A stretch of 64,000 nucleotides of DNA from assembly GCA_963677575.1 (NCBI GenBank), contig OY782038.1, positions 1,916,195 to 1,980,194 on the forward strand, written 5' to 3'. This DNA is from an uncultured Draconibacterium sp. Lineage in GTDB: Bacteria; Bacteroidota; Bacteroidia; Bacteroidales; Prolixibacteraceae. The position numbers and the translations under genes were made by a program. This document shows, piece after piece, positions 48,928 through 59,441 of this stretch. The first letter of the stretch is position 1. Each line of letters starts with the position of its first letter. Below the pieces are notes generated by a model. The model saw nothing but the letters and a program-made list of their open reading frames with translations. It made no database searches and was not told the origin of the DNA.

Positions 48928-48978
48928 ACATTTTTAAACAAACCAGTTCATGCATACAAAAAGTTTATATTTATACAC

Positions 48979-51900
48979 TTGAATTTTCTGAGATACATAC
49001 TGCTGTTTAATGTGCTTTTTTATGTTAGCTATTCGCGGGCAAAAATTAACATAAACAAAGACCGTTATGCCCGTTTTTCATCGCTAACAACTAACGATGG
49101 ACTATCTGGCAATTATGTTTTGGATATCCTGCAAGACAATAAAGGTTTCATCTGGATTGCCACACGAAGTGGTCTAACCCGCTACGATGGCTACCACTTT
49201 GTAAACTTCACTCATTCGCCCGATGATTCATTATCCATTTCAAGCAACTATGTTCAATGCCTGGCAGTTGACGAAGAAGGAACGTTATGGGTGGGTACAA
49301 AAAACGGCTTAAATAAATACGACGATCATACCGGTACTTTCAGCATTTGGGCGGGAATCAACAAAGATAAATCAGTTCCCAGCAATCCGTATATTCGAAA
49401 AATTTTACCCGACTCAAACGCTGTTTTGTGGGTAGAAACTGTTGATGGCGTTCTGAATAAAATAAATACAAAAACCGGAGAAGTTTTATATTATCCACAT
49501 CACCAGGTTACGCAGGAGTACTATTCATATCATTGCCTGTTTAAAGATTCTGACGGAGATATTTGGGTGGGAAACCGCGGAAAAGGGCCATACCGTTTTC
49601 ATCCCGAATCGGGCAACATTCACTTAATAAAAGCAGATCCTGCAAGACAAGACAAAAAACGCGACCAGGAAGTTGCCTATGTTATTGAAGACTCACAAAA
49701 CAGATTTTGGGTAGGATCGATTGATGGTTTTTGGCGTTTTTACAAAGACACAGAAACCTTTGAACGGGTTATTCCCATGTCTTCATTTCACTGTATTGAA
49801 GACCGCGATGGAATATTGTGGCTAAGCGGAGGAAACGGTGTTTACCGTTTTAATGCCAATACCAACAGCGCCGTTTTATATTCGAACAACGAAAGTGATC
49901 CGCATTCGCTGATTAATAATTCTATAAATGCTTTGTTCGAAGACCGGGACGGAAACATTTGGATTGGAACGAACGACGGTATTTCTGTTTTCTCAAAATC
50001 TGATAATGAGATTCAGTATATACGGCGGCTGACAGATTCTGATAACACATTAAATTCAAATACAATCTCTGCTGTTTTAGAGGATAAAGAGGGAAATATT
50101 TGGTTTGGTACGCAAAAAAAAGGCCTCAGTAAATGGAACTCCCAAACCGATACTTTTACCAACTTTCAATACAAAAAAGGAGACAACAATTCGCTGGCAT
50201 CAAACAAGGTTTCAGCCCTTTATCAAGACAGAAAGAATAACATTTGGATTGGTTTGTGGCAAGGTATCGGATTTAATAAATACGAGCCCCAAACAAATAG
50301 CTTTAAAAAATTCAGTTACGATCCGGATTCTTACAAAAAAGATTGGTACAGCTCTTTTCTTGAAGACAATGAAGGAAGGTTTATGGCCGGACTTTGGGGA
50401 GCTAACGGAGTACATCTTTTTACTCGGAAAGATGAAAAGTTTCTTCCGTACAATTTTAGCGCCCACAGCACCCCTATGAATTACCCGCTTACAGGATTAG
50501 TATTGGATAACCAAACCATTTGGACTGGTCACGCCAATATTATTTACCAGTATCACATTGATACCGACTCTTTCTCTGTGTTCTATGGAACCGACCCTAA
50601 TAAAACTGTGGAAGCGGGTTTAAATGATTTTGACTATTTCCGAAATTTTCATCGAACCATAAAAATTGATGACAAAATATATTTTGCAACTACTCATGGT
50701 TTGCTTTGTACCGACAGTACAAAAACTCGGTTTGAACAACTAATCTCCAATACAGAAATAACTGCACTGGCGAAAAATGATGTCAATGGGATTCTGTGGT
50801 TTGGAACAAATAAAGGTTTTGGTGTTTTAACCCAAAACAATGAATTTAAACTGATCCGAAACAATAGCGACAAAAACAGTCCGCTGTGGCAAAAAGAAAT
50901 CATCAATCTAAACGAAATTAACGGAAAAGTTTATGTTGCTACCAATCTCGGATTACTGATTTATAATCCACAAACTGACAGTTTTTTAAAATCCGGGAGT
51001 AATATGGAGCTACACCTTGCCAACAACAAAATAAACACAATCGTTTCATACGATCGGGGAATTCTTGTTGGAACCGATAATAACCTTATTAAAATTAACA
51101 AAACTAACAACCGAATTGAGCTTGACACTTTATTACAGGGATTAATGATTAATGATATTCTGACAGAGTCATCTAATCTTAACCTTATTCTTGGAACCAA
51201 CAAAGGTATTTACTGTTTTAGCAATGGAACTTTCAAGCCAATAGAAAATACTACGCAATTCAATATTTTCGACTTAACAAAAGATAATGATGGCCTTATC
51301 TGGGCAGGAACCAACAAGGGATTACTATCCATTTCGGCCGATTATACAGAAATAAAACTACACGATCAGCCTGGCAAATATTGTTTAAGCTCGCACCTTA
51401 TTAGTTTTTTGGCAACCGATTCTATAGGAAATATTTGGGCAGGAACCACCAACAATGGACTTAACCGAATTAATAGCAAATCGTTAGCCGTTGAGCATTA
51501 TTACCAATCCATGCAAAACACCGGCAGATACCCCGAAAAAAAGGCATCTGTTTTTCTTCAGCAAAAAAATGAAACAATTTGGGTTGGTGGTGAAAAACTT
51601 CACAAATTCAATCCGGAAGCCAACAAATTTGAGCCCATTCCTGAGAATGATTTTCCTTACAAAAAGATTTTAAGTTTGCAGGAAGACGGTAACGAATACC
51701 TTTGGATTGGGACTGCCAACGGCCTGGTTTTATTCAATACCCAAACAAATAATGCACAACTTTTTAGCTATTTACACGGATTACCGGATTTCGATTTTTC
51801 GGGCGGATCGCTAAAATTATCATCAGGTAATTTAGTGTTTGCGGGTAAAAAGGGAGCCATTATCTTCAACCCTGAATCGCTCAGCAATCAAACCGTTTCG

Positions 51901-52944
51901 GATAAAATAGCCATTACCGGTGCTACAGTTTTCGGATCGCGCATTTTCTTTCCAGCAGACAGCGAGTCTCCCATTCAGTTAAAATACAATCAGAATTTCT
52001 TTACACTCGAGTTCTCAACAATGCAGTTTAGCGGTCTGAAAGAAGAGTATCAATACATGCTTGAGGGTGTTGATCCGGGTTGGGTAGAAACAAAAAACAA
52101 CAGTGCCAGTTACACCAATATTCAGCCCGGAAATTATGCTTTCAAAATAAAATCGAAGATTGGCGATCAGGAAGTAAATACCTTTTCTCTTACCATCCGA
52201 CCTCCATTCTGGGAAACATGGTGGTTTATTCTTATTACCATTGGTTTGGCGTCAGGTTTTATAGCTTACTGGGTTTCTACCCTTACGAAAAAGCAAAAAA
52301 CGGAAGAGCAAAGAATTATACTGGAACACAAACTGTTACAGTTACAAATGAATCCGCATTTTATCTTTAATGTTCTTATTGCCATTCAAAGTTTTATTTA
52401 CCGGAAAGACACTTATGAGTCGGGATTATACCTTTCGAAATTTGCGAAACTCATGCGGATTTTCCTGCAAAACTCGCGTAACGAATGGATAACACTTTCA
52501 AAGGAAATAGAATCGTTGCAATATTATTTAAACCTGCAACAACTGCGCACTGAAACGAAGTTTCAATACGACATCGAGTGCATCAATATTCCCGATTCGG
52601 ATTACATTCACATTCCTCCAATGATCATTCAACCTTTTGTTGAAAATTCTATCGAACATGGTTTTGCCAACCTCTCCTATCCGGGAAAAATATGGATTTC
52701 TTTCGAAACAAAAGAAACTTGCCTTGAAGCTGTTATCCGCGATAATGGCAACGGATATTACCCCAGAAAGGAAAAGGCAAAAGCAAAAACTCACGAGTCG
52801 ATGGCCACTGAAATCATACAAAAACGGATTGAAATATTAAACAATAAAAAATGTAAAACCGCACTTACCATACACAACATAAGCGACGAAGGAAAAACCG
52901 GAACTGAAGTTGTTATAAGATTCCCTTACAAAGAAGAATTTTAA
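48979..52944 (+). CDS. membrane sensor kinase: beta-propeller repeats + Y_Y_Y + LytS-type His_kinase
   Basis: repeated D..G.IWIGT..G blades, YTNIQPGNY.F, transmembrane helix, LQMNPHFIFN, IQPFVENSIEHG. Confidence 0.9.
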   Translation: MNFLRYILLFNVLFYVSYSRAKININKDRYARFSSLTTNDGLSGNYVLDILQDNKGFIWIATRSGLTRYDGYHFVNFTHSPDDSLSISSNYVQCLAVDEEGTLWVGTKNGLNKYDDHTGTFSIWAGINKDKSVPSNPYIRKILPDSNAVLWVETVDGVLNKINTKTGEVLYYPHHQVTQEYYSYHCLFKDSDGDIWVGNRGKGPYRFHPESGNIHLIKADPARQDKKRDQEVAYVIEDSQNRFWVGSIDGFWRFYKDTETFERVIPMSSFHCIEDRDGILWLSGGNGVYRFNANTNSAVLYSNNESDPHSLINNSINALFEDRDGNIWIGTNDGISVFSKSDNEIQYIRRLTDSDNTLNSNTISAVLEDKEGNIWFGTQKKGLSKWNSQTDTFTNFQYKKGDNNSLASNKVSALYQDRKNNIWIGLWQGIGFNKYEPQTNSFKKFSYDPDSYKKDWYSSFLEDNEGRFMAGLWGANGVHLFTRKDEKFLPYNFSAHSTPMNYPLTGLVLDNQTIWTGHANIIYQYHIDTDSFSVFYGTDPNKTVEAGLNDFDYFRNFHRTIKIDDKIYFATTHGLLCTDSTKTRFEQLISNTEITALAKNDVNGILWFGTNKGFGVLTQNNEFKLIRNNSDKNSPLWQKEIINLNEINGKVYVATNLGLLIYNPQTDSFLKSGSNMELHLANNKINTIVSYDRGILVGTDNNLIKINKTNNRIELDTLLQGLMINDILTESSNLNLILGTNKGIYCFSNGTFKPIENTTQFNIFDLTKDNDGLIWAGTNKGLLSISADYTEIKLHDQPGKYCLSSHLISFLATDSIGNIWAGTTNNGLNRINSKSLAVEHYYQSMQNTGRYPEKKASVFLQQKNETIWVGGEKLHKFNPEANKFEPIPENDFPYKKILSLQEDGNEYLWIGTANGLVLFNTQTNNAQLFSYLHGLPDFDFSGGSLKLSSGNLVFAGKKGAIIFNPESLSNQTVSDKIAITGATVFGSRIFFPADSESPIQLKYNQNFFTLEFSTMQFSGLKEEYQYMLEGVDPGWVETKNNSASYTNIQPGNYAFKIKSKIGDQEVNTFSLTIRPPFWETWWFILITIGLASGFIAYWVSTLTKKQKTEEQRIILEHKLLQLQMNPHFIFNVLIAIQSFIYRKDTYESGLYLSKFAKLMRIFLQNSRNEWITLSKEIESLQYYLNLQQLRTETKFQYDIECINIPDSDYIHIPPMIIQPFVENSIEHGFANLSYPGKIWISFETKETCLEAVIRDNGNGYYPRKEKAKAKTHESMATEIIQKRIEILNNKKCKTALTIHNISDEGKTGTEVVIRFPYKEEF

Positions 52945-52978
52945 CCCGGTTACAAAAGCAACACGAAAAACTACTACT

Positions 52979-53737
52979 ATGGATAATTCAGTAATTCGCA
53001 CCGTTATTATTGATGATGAACCCCGGGCCAGGGAAACCCTGAATAAAATGCTGCGAACTTATTGTAAAGATATTGATATTGTTGGCGAAGGAAATAATGT
53101 AAGAAGTGGTATTGAACAAATAGAAAGCCTGCATCCGGATGTTGTATTTCTTGATATTAGAATGCCTGACGGTACCGGTTTTGATCTTTTGGAACAACTA
53201 AACTACATTGATTTTACCTTGGTAATTTTAACCGCTTACGACGAATATGCGCTAAAGGCTTTTAAATTCTCGGCTATTGATTATTTGTTAAAACCACTCG
53301 ATCCTGAAGAATTAATAAGCTCCGTTAAAAAAATTAAAAGCAGCCTGAACGTACAGAACAACCAGTTAAAAACATTACTTGAGAACATAAATACTTCATA
53401 CAAACCCTTTCAGAAATTAGTGCTTAAAACAGCTGAATCAATTTATATCGTTAAAACCGATGACATTATCAGAATTGAAGCTGAAAGTAATTATTGCCGG
53501 TTTCACATTCAAAACTCACCCGCAATTTTCATTTCGAAGACGCTAAAAGAATACAATAAAATTTTGCAACATTCCAACTTTTTCCGGCCACATCAGTCAC
53601 ACCTGGTTAACCTGAACCGGATTGTGCGTATCGATAAACAGGATGGAATAACTATCCTCATGGACGATGGCTCGAAAGTGCCGGTTTCGTTTCGTAAAAA
53701 AGACCTGCTACATGCTGCAATCTCACAGCTTGAATAA
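52979..53737 (+). CDS. LytTR-family response regulator
   Basis: IIDDE, FLDIRMP receiver; FFRPHQSHLVNL LytTR domain. Confidence 0.95.
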   Translation: MDNSVIRTVIIDDEPRARETLNKMLRTYCKDIDIVGEGNNVRSGIEQIESLHPDVVFLDIRMPDGTGFDLLEQLNYIDFTLVILTAYDEYALKAFKFSAIDYLLKPLDPEELISSVKKIKSSLNVQNNQLKTLLENINTSYKPFQKLVLKTAESIYIVKTDDIIRIEAESNYCRFHIQNSPAIFISKTLKEYNKILQHSNFFRPHQSHLVNLNRIVRIDKQDGITILMDDGSKVPVSFRKKDLLHAAISQLE

Positions 53738-53775
53738 AAAAAGCCCTTTCATCCAATGATGAAAGAGCCTTTCTT
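53736..53775. terminator. bidirectional terminator between lytTR and dnaK
   Basis: AAAAAAGCCCTTTCATC..GATGAAAGAGCCTTTCTTT. Confidence 0.65.
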
Positions 53776-53792
53776 TATCGTTTATCTAAACC

Positions 53793-55706
53793 CTATTTGA
53801 CTTCTTCAAAGTCAACGTCGGTTACTTCATCGTCGTCTTTTGGCTGGTCTTGTGGACCTGCTTGTTGACCGGCATCAGGACCTGGCTGAGCACCACCCTG
53901 TGCTTGCGAAGCATTGTACATCTCCTGTGAAGCTGCCTGGAATACAGTGTTCAACTCGTTCATTGCTGCATCAATAGCCGCAATATCTTTAGATGCGTGA
54001 GCTTCTTTCAGCTTTTTCAATGCATCTTCAATCGGGCCTTTTTTGTCAGCAGGCAATTTGTCACCGTATTCTTTCAACTGCTTCTCAGTCTGGAAGATCA
54101 AACTGTCAGCCTGGTTGATTTTATCAGCAGTTTCTTTTGCTTGCTTATCGGCTTCAGCATTTGCTTCAGCTTCCGATTTCATGCGGTTGATCTCATCATC
54201 CGAAAGACCTGATGAAGCCTCGATACGAATTGACTGCGATTTACCTGTTGCTTTATCTTTAGCATGCACATGCAAAATACCATTTGCATCAATATCGAAA
54301 GTTACCTCGATTTGTGGGATACCACGTGGTGAAGGTGGAATTCCGTCTAAGTGGAAACGACCGATAGTTTTGTTACCTGATGCAATTGGACGCTCACCTT
54401 GCAGAACATGAATTTCTACTGAAGGCTGATTGTCGGCAGCGGTAGTAAATGTTTCCGATTTTTTTGTCGGAATAGTTGTATTCGACTCGATCAACTTGGT
54501 CATTACCCCCCCCATGGTTTCAATACCTAATGAAAGAGGAGTTACGTCAAGCAGAAGAACGTCTTTTACTTCTCCGGTTAAAACACCACCCTGAATAGCT
54601 GCACCAATTGCAACCACCTCATCAGGGTTTACACCTTTTGAAGCCTCTTTACCAAAGAAAGCTTTTACTTTTTCCTGAATAGCAGGAATACGTGTTGAAC
54701 CACCAACAAGAATCACTTCATCAATATCGCTTGCTGATAAACCTGCATTTTGCAATGCTTTACGACAAGGTTCGATTGTAGCGTTGATCAATGTATCGGC
54801 CAACTGCTCGAATTTTGCACGTGACAGTGTTTTTACCAGGTGTTTTGGAATACCGTTAACCGGCATAATGTATGGCAGGTTGATCTCTGTTTGCGAAGAG
54901 CTCGACAACTCGATTTTAGCTTTTTCAGCAGCTTCTTTTAAACGCTGCAATGCCATTGGATCTTCACGAAGATCAATACCTTCGTCGTTTTTAAATTCTG
55001 CTGCCAACCAGTCGATAATTACCTGATCGAAGTCGTCACCACCAAGGTGAGTATCACCATCGGTTGATTTTACTTCGAAAACGCCGTCACCCAATTCAAG
55101 AATAGAAATATCGAAAGTACCACCACCAAGGTCGAATACTGCAATTTTCATATCCTTGTCCATCTTATCCAAACCGTAAGCCAACGATGCAGCAGTAGGT
55201 TCGTTAATGATACGACGAACGGTTAAACCGGCAATCTCACCGGCTTCTTTGGTAGCCTGACGTTGTGAGTCGTTAAAGTAAGCAGGAACAGTAATAACTG
55301 CTTCTGTAACTTCCTGACCAAGATAATCTTCAGCAGTTTTCTTCATTTTCTGAAGTGTCATTGCCGAAATTTCCTGTGGCGAATATTTTCTGTCGTCAAT
55401 TTGTACACGTGGAGTGTTGTTGTCGCCTTTTACAACCTGGTAAGGTACGCGGGCAACTTCTTTTGATACACGATCAAAAGTTTCTCCCATGAATCGTTTG
55501 ATCGAGAAGATTGTTTTTGTTGGGTTAGTGATTGCCTGACGTTTTGCAGGATCACCAACTTTGCGTTCTCCGTTTTCTACGAAAGCAACGATAGAAGGTG
55601 TAGTACGTTTTCCCTCGCTGTTAGGGATAACTACAGGTTCGTTACCTTCCATTACAGAAACACAAGAGTTTGTGGTTCCTAAGTCAATTCCGATAATTTT
55701 TCCCAT
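53793..55706 (-). CDS. dnaK: chaperone DnaK
   Basis: [37 protein letters not shown]. Confidence 0.99.
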   Translation of the reverse strand: MGKIIGIDLGTTNSCVSVMEGNEPVVIPNSEGKRTTPSIVAFVENGERKVGDPAKRQAITNPTKTIFSIKRFMGETFDRVSKEVARVPYQVVKGDNNTPRVQIDDRKYSPQEISAMTLQKMKKTAEDYLGQEVTEAVITVPAYFNDSQRQATKEAGEIAGLTVRRIINEPTAASLAYGLDKMDKDMKIAVFDLGGGTFDISILELGDGVFEVKSTDGDTHLGGDDFDQVIIDWLAAEFKNDEGIDLREDPMALQRLKEAAEKAKIELSSSSQTEINLPYIMPVNGIPKHLVKTLSRAKFEQLADTLINATIEPCRKALQNAGLSASDIDEVILVGGSTRIPAIQEKVKAFFGKEASKGVNPDEVVAIGAAIQGGVLTGEVKDVLLLDVTPLSLGIETMGGVMTKLIESNTTIPTKKSETFTTAADNQPSVEIHVLQGERPIASGNKTIGRFHLDGIPPSPRGIPQIEVTFDIDANGILHVHAKDKATGKSQSIRIEASSGLSDDEINRMKSEAEANAEADKQAKETADKINQADSLIFQTEKQLKEYGDKLPADKKGPIEDALKKLKEAHASKDIAAIDAAMNELNTVFQAASQEMYNASQAQGGAQPGPDAGQQAGPQDQPKDDDEVTDVDFEEVK

Positions 55707-55757
55707 TGTTATATTTTTAAAGTTTTTATTGTTTCAAAAATTTACGTCAGGAAATAA

Positions 55758-55772
55758 TCAATGATTGTGCCA
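55758..55772 (-). promoter_or_regulatory. sigma-54-like -24/-12 motif upstream of dnaK
   Basis: TGGCACAATCATTGA (GG-N10-GA; the -12 C is replaced). Confidence 0.45.
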
Positions 55773-55897
55773 TGGAAAAATCAGCCGAGTCAATGTAAAA
55801 TCTGACACAATATTGCCCAGTCAAGGTCAAAATCCTGTCAGAAGTGATGACAAAACGACAGAAATGAAGGATTAAAGATGAAGAATTATTGATTAAT

Positions 55898-55946
55898 AAT
55901 TCAGCAGGTGACTTTATGATTCAACATGAAAGTCACCTGCTGAATT
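55898..55946 (-). terminator. 18-bp perfect inverted repeat after the 463-aa gene
   Basis: AATTCAGCAGGTGACTTT / AAAGTCACCTGCTGAATT. Confidence 0.7.
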
Positions 55947-55950
55947 GGTT

Positions 55951-57342
55951 TTAGAAGATGGCGTAGTTAAGACTGGCACTACTAAAAAAACGAAATTGCC
56001 TGTTATAGGATGAATCACTATTTTGATACCAGTTATAATTAGAGCTTAACTGAAAACTAGCCTTTAGCCGGGGTGAAAAATAGTAATTCAAACTTCCTGA
56101 AATACCTGTATGAAAATTATTACGATCGTAGTAATTCGTTTCATCGTCATCATAGTCGGTTCGACTATAATTTCCATTCACTCCAAACGAGGCAGAAGTA
56201 CGTGTATTAAAATACCAGTTATAACCATAGCTAAGATTTCCATTAAAATTGTTGTTATCATTTGACGTTCCATAGTCACCCAAGTCATTAAAATATCGAA
56301 AAGCATACAAGTAAACACTTAAATAACGTTGCCATTTTAATCCGATTGGCTTATATGAATCAAGTTCCAGGTTGACTCTTAGGATTTCGTCGTACTCATT
56401 ATTATCATCTTTAATAATGATTTTTGAGTAATCATAATCATAGGTTTCTGTTTTTTCTTTATATAGGCGGTAATACAATTGACCTGAAACTGTCGCCTGT
56501 AAACGCGTTCCTGAGTGTCTTGATTCGTGACCATAGGACCACATATCGTTTAAAGAAGTAAAAAAGCCAATATCATTATCCGAAACCAGATTCATAGTAT
56601 TCAATAGCGAATCCAAACTTTCCAATTCATAAATATGTCGTAATCGTGCATCGAAAAATCGTTGATTCCGAAGTTCTGCAACCTTGTTGGCAATCTCAAT
56701 AAGTTCAGCTTCTTCCGGAAGTCGGTTCAGCTTATCCTTTTTATATAAATCTTCAATTACATAAATGGCTCTCCTAGCATCACTGATTTGTTCAATTCGT
56801 CCAAATCCACCTCCTATATTGATTCTTGGCCGAAAATAAATAGAACGTAACTTATACTTTTCGGTTAAAGAATTGTCGTAATCCCATAAATCTTGCTCAC
56901 GATTTAAGGCGCGACTTAAGTATAAACTTGTCGACCACGTCCAGAACCATCTGTCATCACTTTTAGTGTAGATACGATTCAGAAAGCCACCATTAATTCG
57001 AAAATTGTAGTAATCATCTTTTACCTTATCATAGTCTTCACGTTTTTCCCGGTCCAGAGTCATTCCTGAAGAAAAGATTCCCCACCCCTCGGATTGGATT
57101 TTTGATGTATTTCGGTAGTAGGAGTAATTCATTTCGAAATCGTTACTCAAATCAAAATAATAACGATCCTGACTTTCTTCGTAATTATACCTCTGAATGC
57201 TGTTATTAAAACTATAGTTAAAATCCAACTGGTGCCGCTTAATCTCCGGCAACTTAAACTTCGAAAGATCAAAGTTTTCGTACTGGGCAAAAGAGAAATA
57301 ACTGATAAACAGAAATGCGATTAAAGGGTAAATTCGTTTCAT
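55951..57342 (-). CDS. putative outer-membrane beta-barrel protein
   Basis: signal peptide, Tyr/Asn-rich alternating strands, C-terminal LNYAIF. Confidence 0.7.
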   Translation of the reverse strand: MKRIYPLIAFLFISYFSFAQYENFDLSKFKLPEIKRHQLDFNYSFNNSIQRYNYEESQDRYYFDLSNDFEMNYSYYRNTSKIQSEGWGIFSSGMTLDREKREDYDKVKDDYYNFRINGGFLNRIYTKSDDRWFWTWSTSLYLSRALNREQDLWDYDNSLTEKYKLRSIYFRPRINIGGGFGRIEQISDARRAIYVIEDLYKKDKLNRLPEEAELIEIANKVAELRNQRFFDARLRHIYELESLDSLLNTMNLVSDNDIGFFTSLNDMWSYGHESRHSGTRLQATVSGQLYYRLYKEKTETYDYDYSKIIIKDDNNEYDEILRVNLELDSYKPIGLKWQRYLSVYLYAFRYFNDLGDYGTSNDNNNFNGNLSYGYNWYFNTRTSASFGVNGNYSRTDYDDDETNYYDRNNFHTGISGSLNYYFSPRLKASFQLSSNYNWYQNSDSSYNRQFRFFSSASLNYAIF

Positions 57343-57499
57343 TGTTATTGGTTTTTATGGTGATGATGTGTTGGTTGCAACAACTGTGCCATTTAACAAA
57401 ATAGTAAATATTATACAACATGCAACACTCAAATAAAATACCAGTCTGTTTTATCAATCAGAATCTTTACTATTTTTAGAAGACTAAACAATATCCATT

Positions 57500-58609
57500 A
57501 TGGCAACTAAATCATTAAGAACTGAACCACAGAAAAGACTTCAATCGTTAGACGTACTGCGCGGATTTGATATGTTTTGGATAACCGGCGGCGGCATTTT
57601 GGCAACTGCCATTTCGCAAATTACAGGTGCCGAATGGCTGGGGCACCAAATGCACCACGCCGAGTGGGCAGGTTTTCATTTCGAAGACCTTATTTTTCCG
57701 TTATTTATGTTTATTGCCGGTGTTGCCATTCCTTTTTCGATAAAGGCTAAAATTGAAAAGAATGTTCCGAAAAAACGTCTGGCAGTAAAAGCCTTAAAAC
57801 GGATGGTCATTCTAATCATCCTCGGAATTCTGTACAACGGCACTTTCCAGAATGGTTTTGCAAATGGCCGTATTGCCAGTGTGCTGGGGCAGATTGGTAT
57901 CGGTTACTTTTTTGCTTCCCTCATCGTTATTTGTTTCCAGTCGTTTAAAAGCCGAATTTACTGGCTGGTCGGCATACTTGCTGGTTTCGGAATAATTCAG
58001 TTGCTTATCCCTGTTCCGGGAGTTGGCGCCGGTGTTCTTACGCCCGAAGGCTGTATAAACGGCTACATCGACCAGCTATTATTACCTGGCCGCTTACATG
58101 GAGGCACTTTCGATCCGGAAGGGATATTGTGTAGTCTTTCGGCAACCGGAATAATATTAATGGGCACCATTGCAGGAAACATTTTGCGTAACCGCAAAAC
58201 CACCGACTGGCAGAAAATAGGTTATATGGCTGCCACAGGAGTTGGTTTGATTATTCTGGCGCTTGCCTTTTCAACGTTCTACCCGATAATTAAAAAATGC
58301 TGGACCTCAACATTTAATATGCTTGCAGGTGGTATCAGTTTTCTGCTGATGTCTTTGTTTTTCCTCATTATCGACCATTGGAAAATACGCGGTTGGGCTT
58401 TCTATTTCCGGGTAATCGGAATGAACTCTATTTTCGTTTACCTTTTTGTGCGCATTATTGATATGCAGTTCATAACCGAATTCTTCTTTGGCTGGATCAC
58501 CAAACCAATGGGCGACGCAGGTCAATTCCTGATGTTGCTGGTTGGCCTTGCACTAATTTGGGGATTGCTTTATTACATGTACAAAAAGAAGATTTTCCTG
58601 CGGGTTTAA
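57500..58609 (+). CDS. HGSNAT-like (DUF5009/DUF1624) membrane acyltransferase
   Basis: RLQSLDVLRG, DLIFPLF.F..G, DPEG, IIKKCWT. Confidence 0.85.
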   Translation: MATKSLRTEPQKRLQSLDVLRGFDMFWITGGGILATAISQITGAEWLGHQMHHAEWAGFHFEDLIFPLFMFIAGVAIPFSIKAKIEKNVPKKRLAVKALKRMVILIILGILYNGTFQNGFANGRIASVLGQIGIGYFFASLIVICFQSFKSRIYWLVGILAGFGIIQLLIPVPGVGAGVLTPEGCINGYIDQLLLPGRLHGGTFDPEGILCSLSATGIILMGTIAGNILRNRKTTDWQKIGYMAATGVGLIILALAFSTFYPIIKKCWTSTFNMLAGGISFLLMSLFFLIIDHWKIRGWAFYFRVIGMNSIFVYLFVRIIDMQFITEFFFGWITKPMGDAGQFLMLLVGLALIWGLLYYMYKKKIFLRV

Positions 58610-58646
58610 AAACTTCGTATTTACATTTGTTACAAACAATTAAATT

Positions 58647-59057
58647 TTGAGCATCTTACAAGAAGATATTATTATTGAATTTCTTCAGAAACATTTAACT
58701 GGAGTTTATGCATTGTATTTGTACGGAAGCTTTGCCAGTGGCGTGGCAACAACTGAAAGCGATGTTGATTTGGCATTTCTTTCTGACGAACAAATTTCAA
58801 ACGTAGACAAATGGAAAGTTCAGGAAAAGCTAGCTGCTGAACTAAACAAAGATGTTGACTTGGTTAACCTAAAAGACGCCAGTACAGTGCTGCGCAAAGA
58901 AATTGTTGAGAAGGGAAATCTTCTCTACTCTTCCGACCGATACAAAACCGAATCTTTCGAAATGACAACTTTGTCGATGTATATGGATTTGAATGAATCA
59001 CGGAAAGATATCTTAAACGATTACAAAGAAGAATATGGACGAGATACTTCTAAATAA
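58647..59057 (+). CDS. mntA: minimal nucleotidyltransferase antitoxin (type VII TA)
   Basis: LYGSFASG..TTESDVDLA (GS-x10-DxD), DVDLV; TTG start; overlaps the HEPN gene. Confidence 0.88.
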   Translation: MSILQEDIIIEFLQKHLTGVYALYLYGSFASGVATTESDVDLAFLSDEQISNVDKWKVQEKLAAELNKDVDLVNLKDASTVLRKEIVEKGNLLYSSDRYKTESFEMTTLSMYMDLNESRKDILNDYKEEYGRDTSK

Positions 59058-59435
59058 AAGCACCACCATCGACCGCTGCATAACGCGAATTTGCGAGGAT
59101 TTTCAGGATGATTTCAGCACAAATTTCACAAAACAAGATGCAGTAATCCTGAATATAGAACGAGCATGCCAGGCCGCCATTGATATGGCAATACATGTTA
59201 TTCGTGTTAAAAAGTTGGGGGTACCACAAAGTCATCGCGATGCTTTCGACAAAATTGAAAAAGAAAGACTTATTTCTGCAAAATTGAGCGAAAATTAAAA
59301 AGCGATGGCAGGATTCAGGAATATTGCAGTCCACAACTACAGTAATTTAAACCTCGAAGTGGTTATCAATATTGTTGAGAATCATTAACCAATCTACAGG
59401 ACTTCTCCAAACTTATCCTTAATCCTATAAATTAA
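59035..59435 (+). pseudogene. hepT: HepT/DUF86 HEPN RNase toxin, inactivated
   Basis: LNIERACQAAIDMA; in-frame TAA at 59296 precedes the RNIAVH catalytic motif; apparent 1-nt deletion near 59385. Confidence 0.88.
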
Positions 59436-59441
59436 TCCTTC

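Larger units (their letters stand above)
43566..53898. mobile_element. putative relic genomic island bounded by dnaK-3' direct repeats
   Basis: direct repeats 10234 bp apart; accessory cargo; no integrase inside. Confidence 0.45.
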
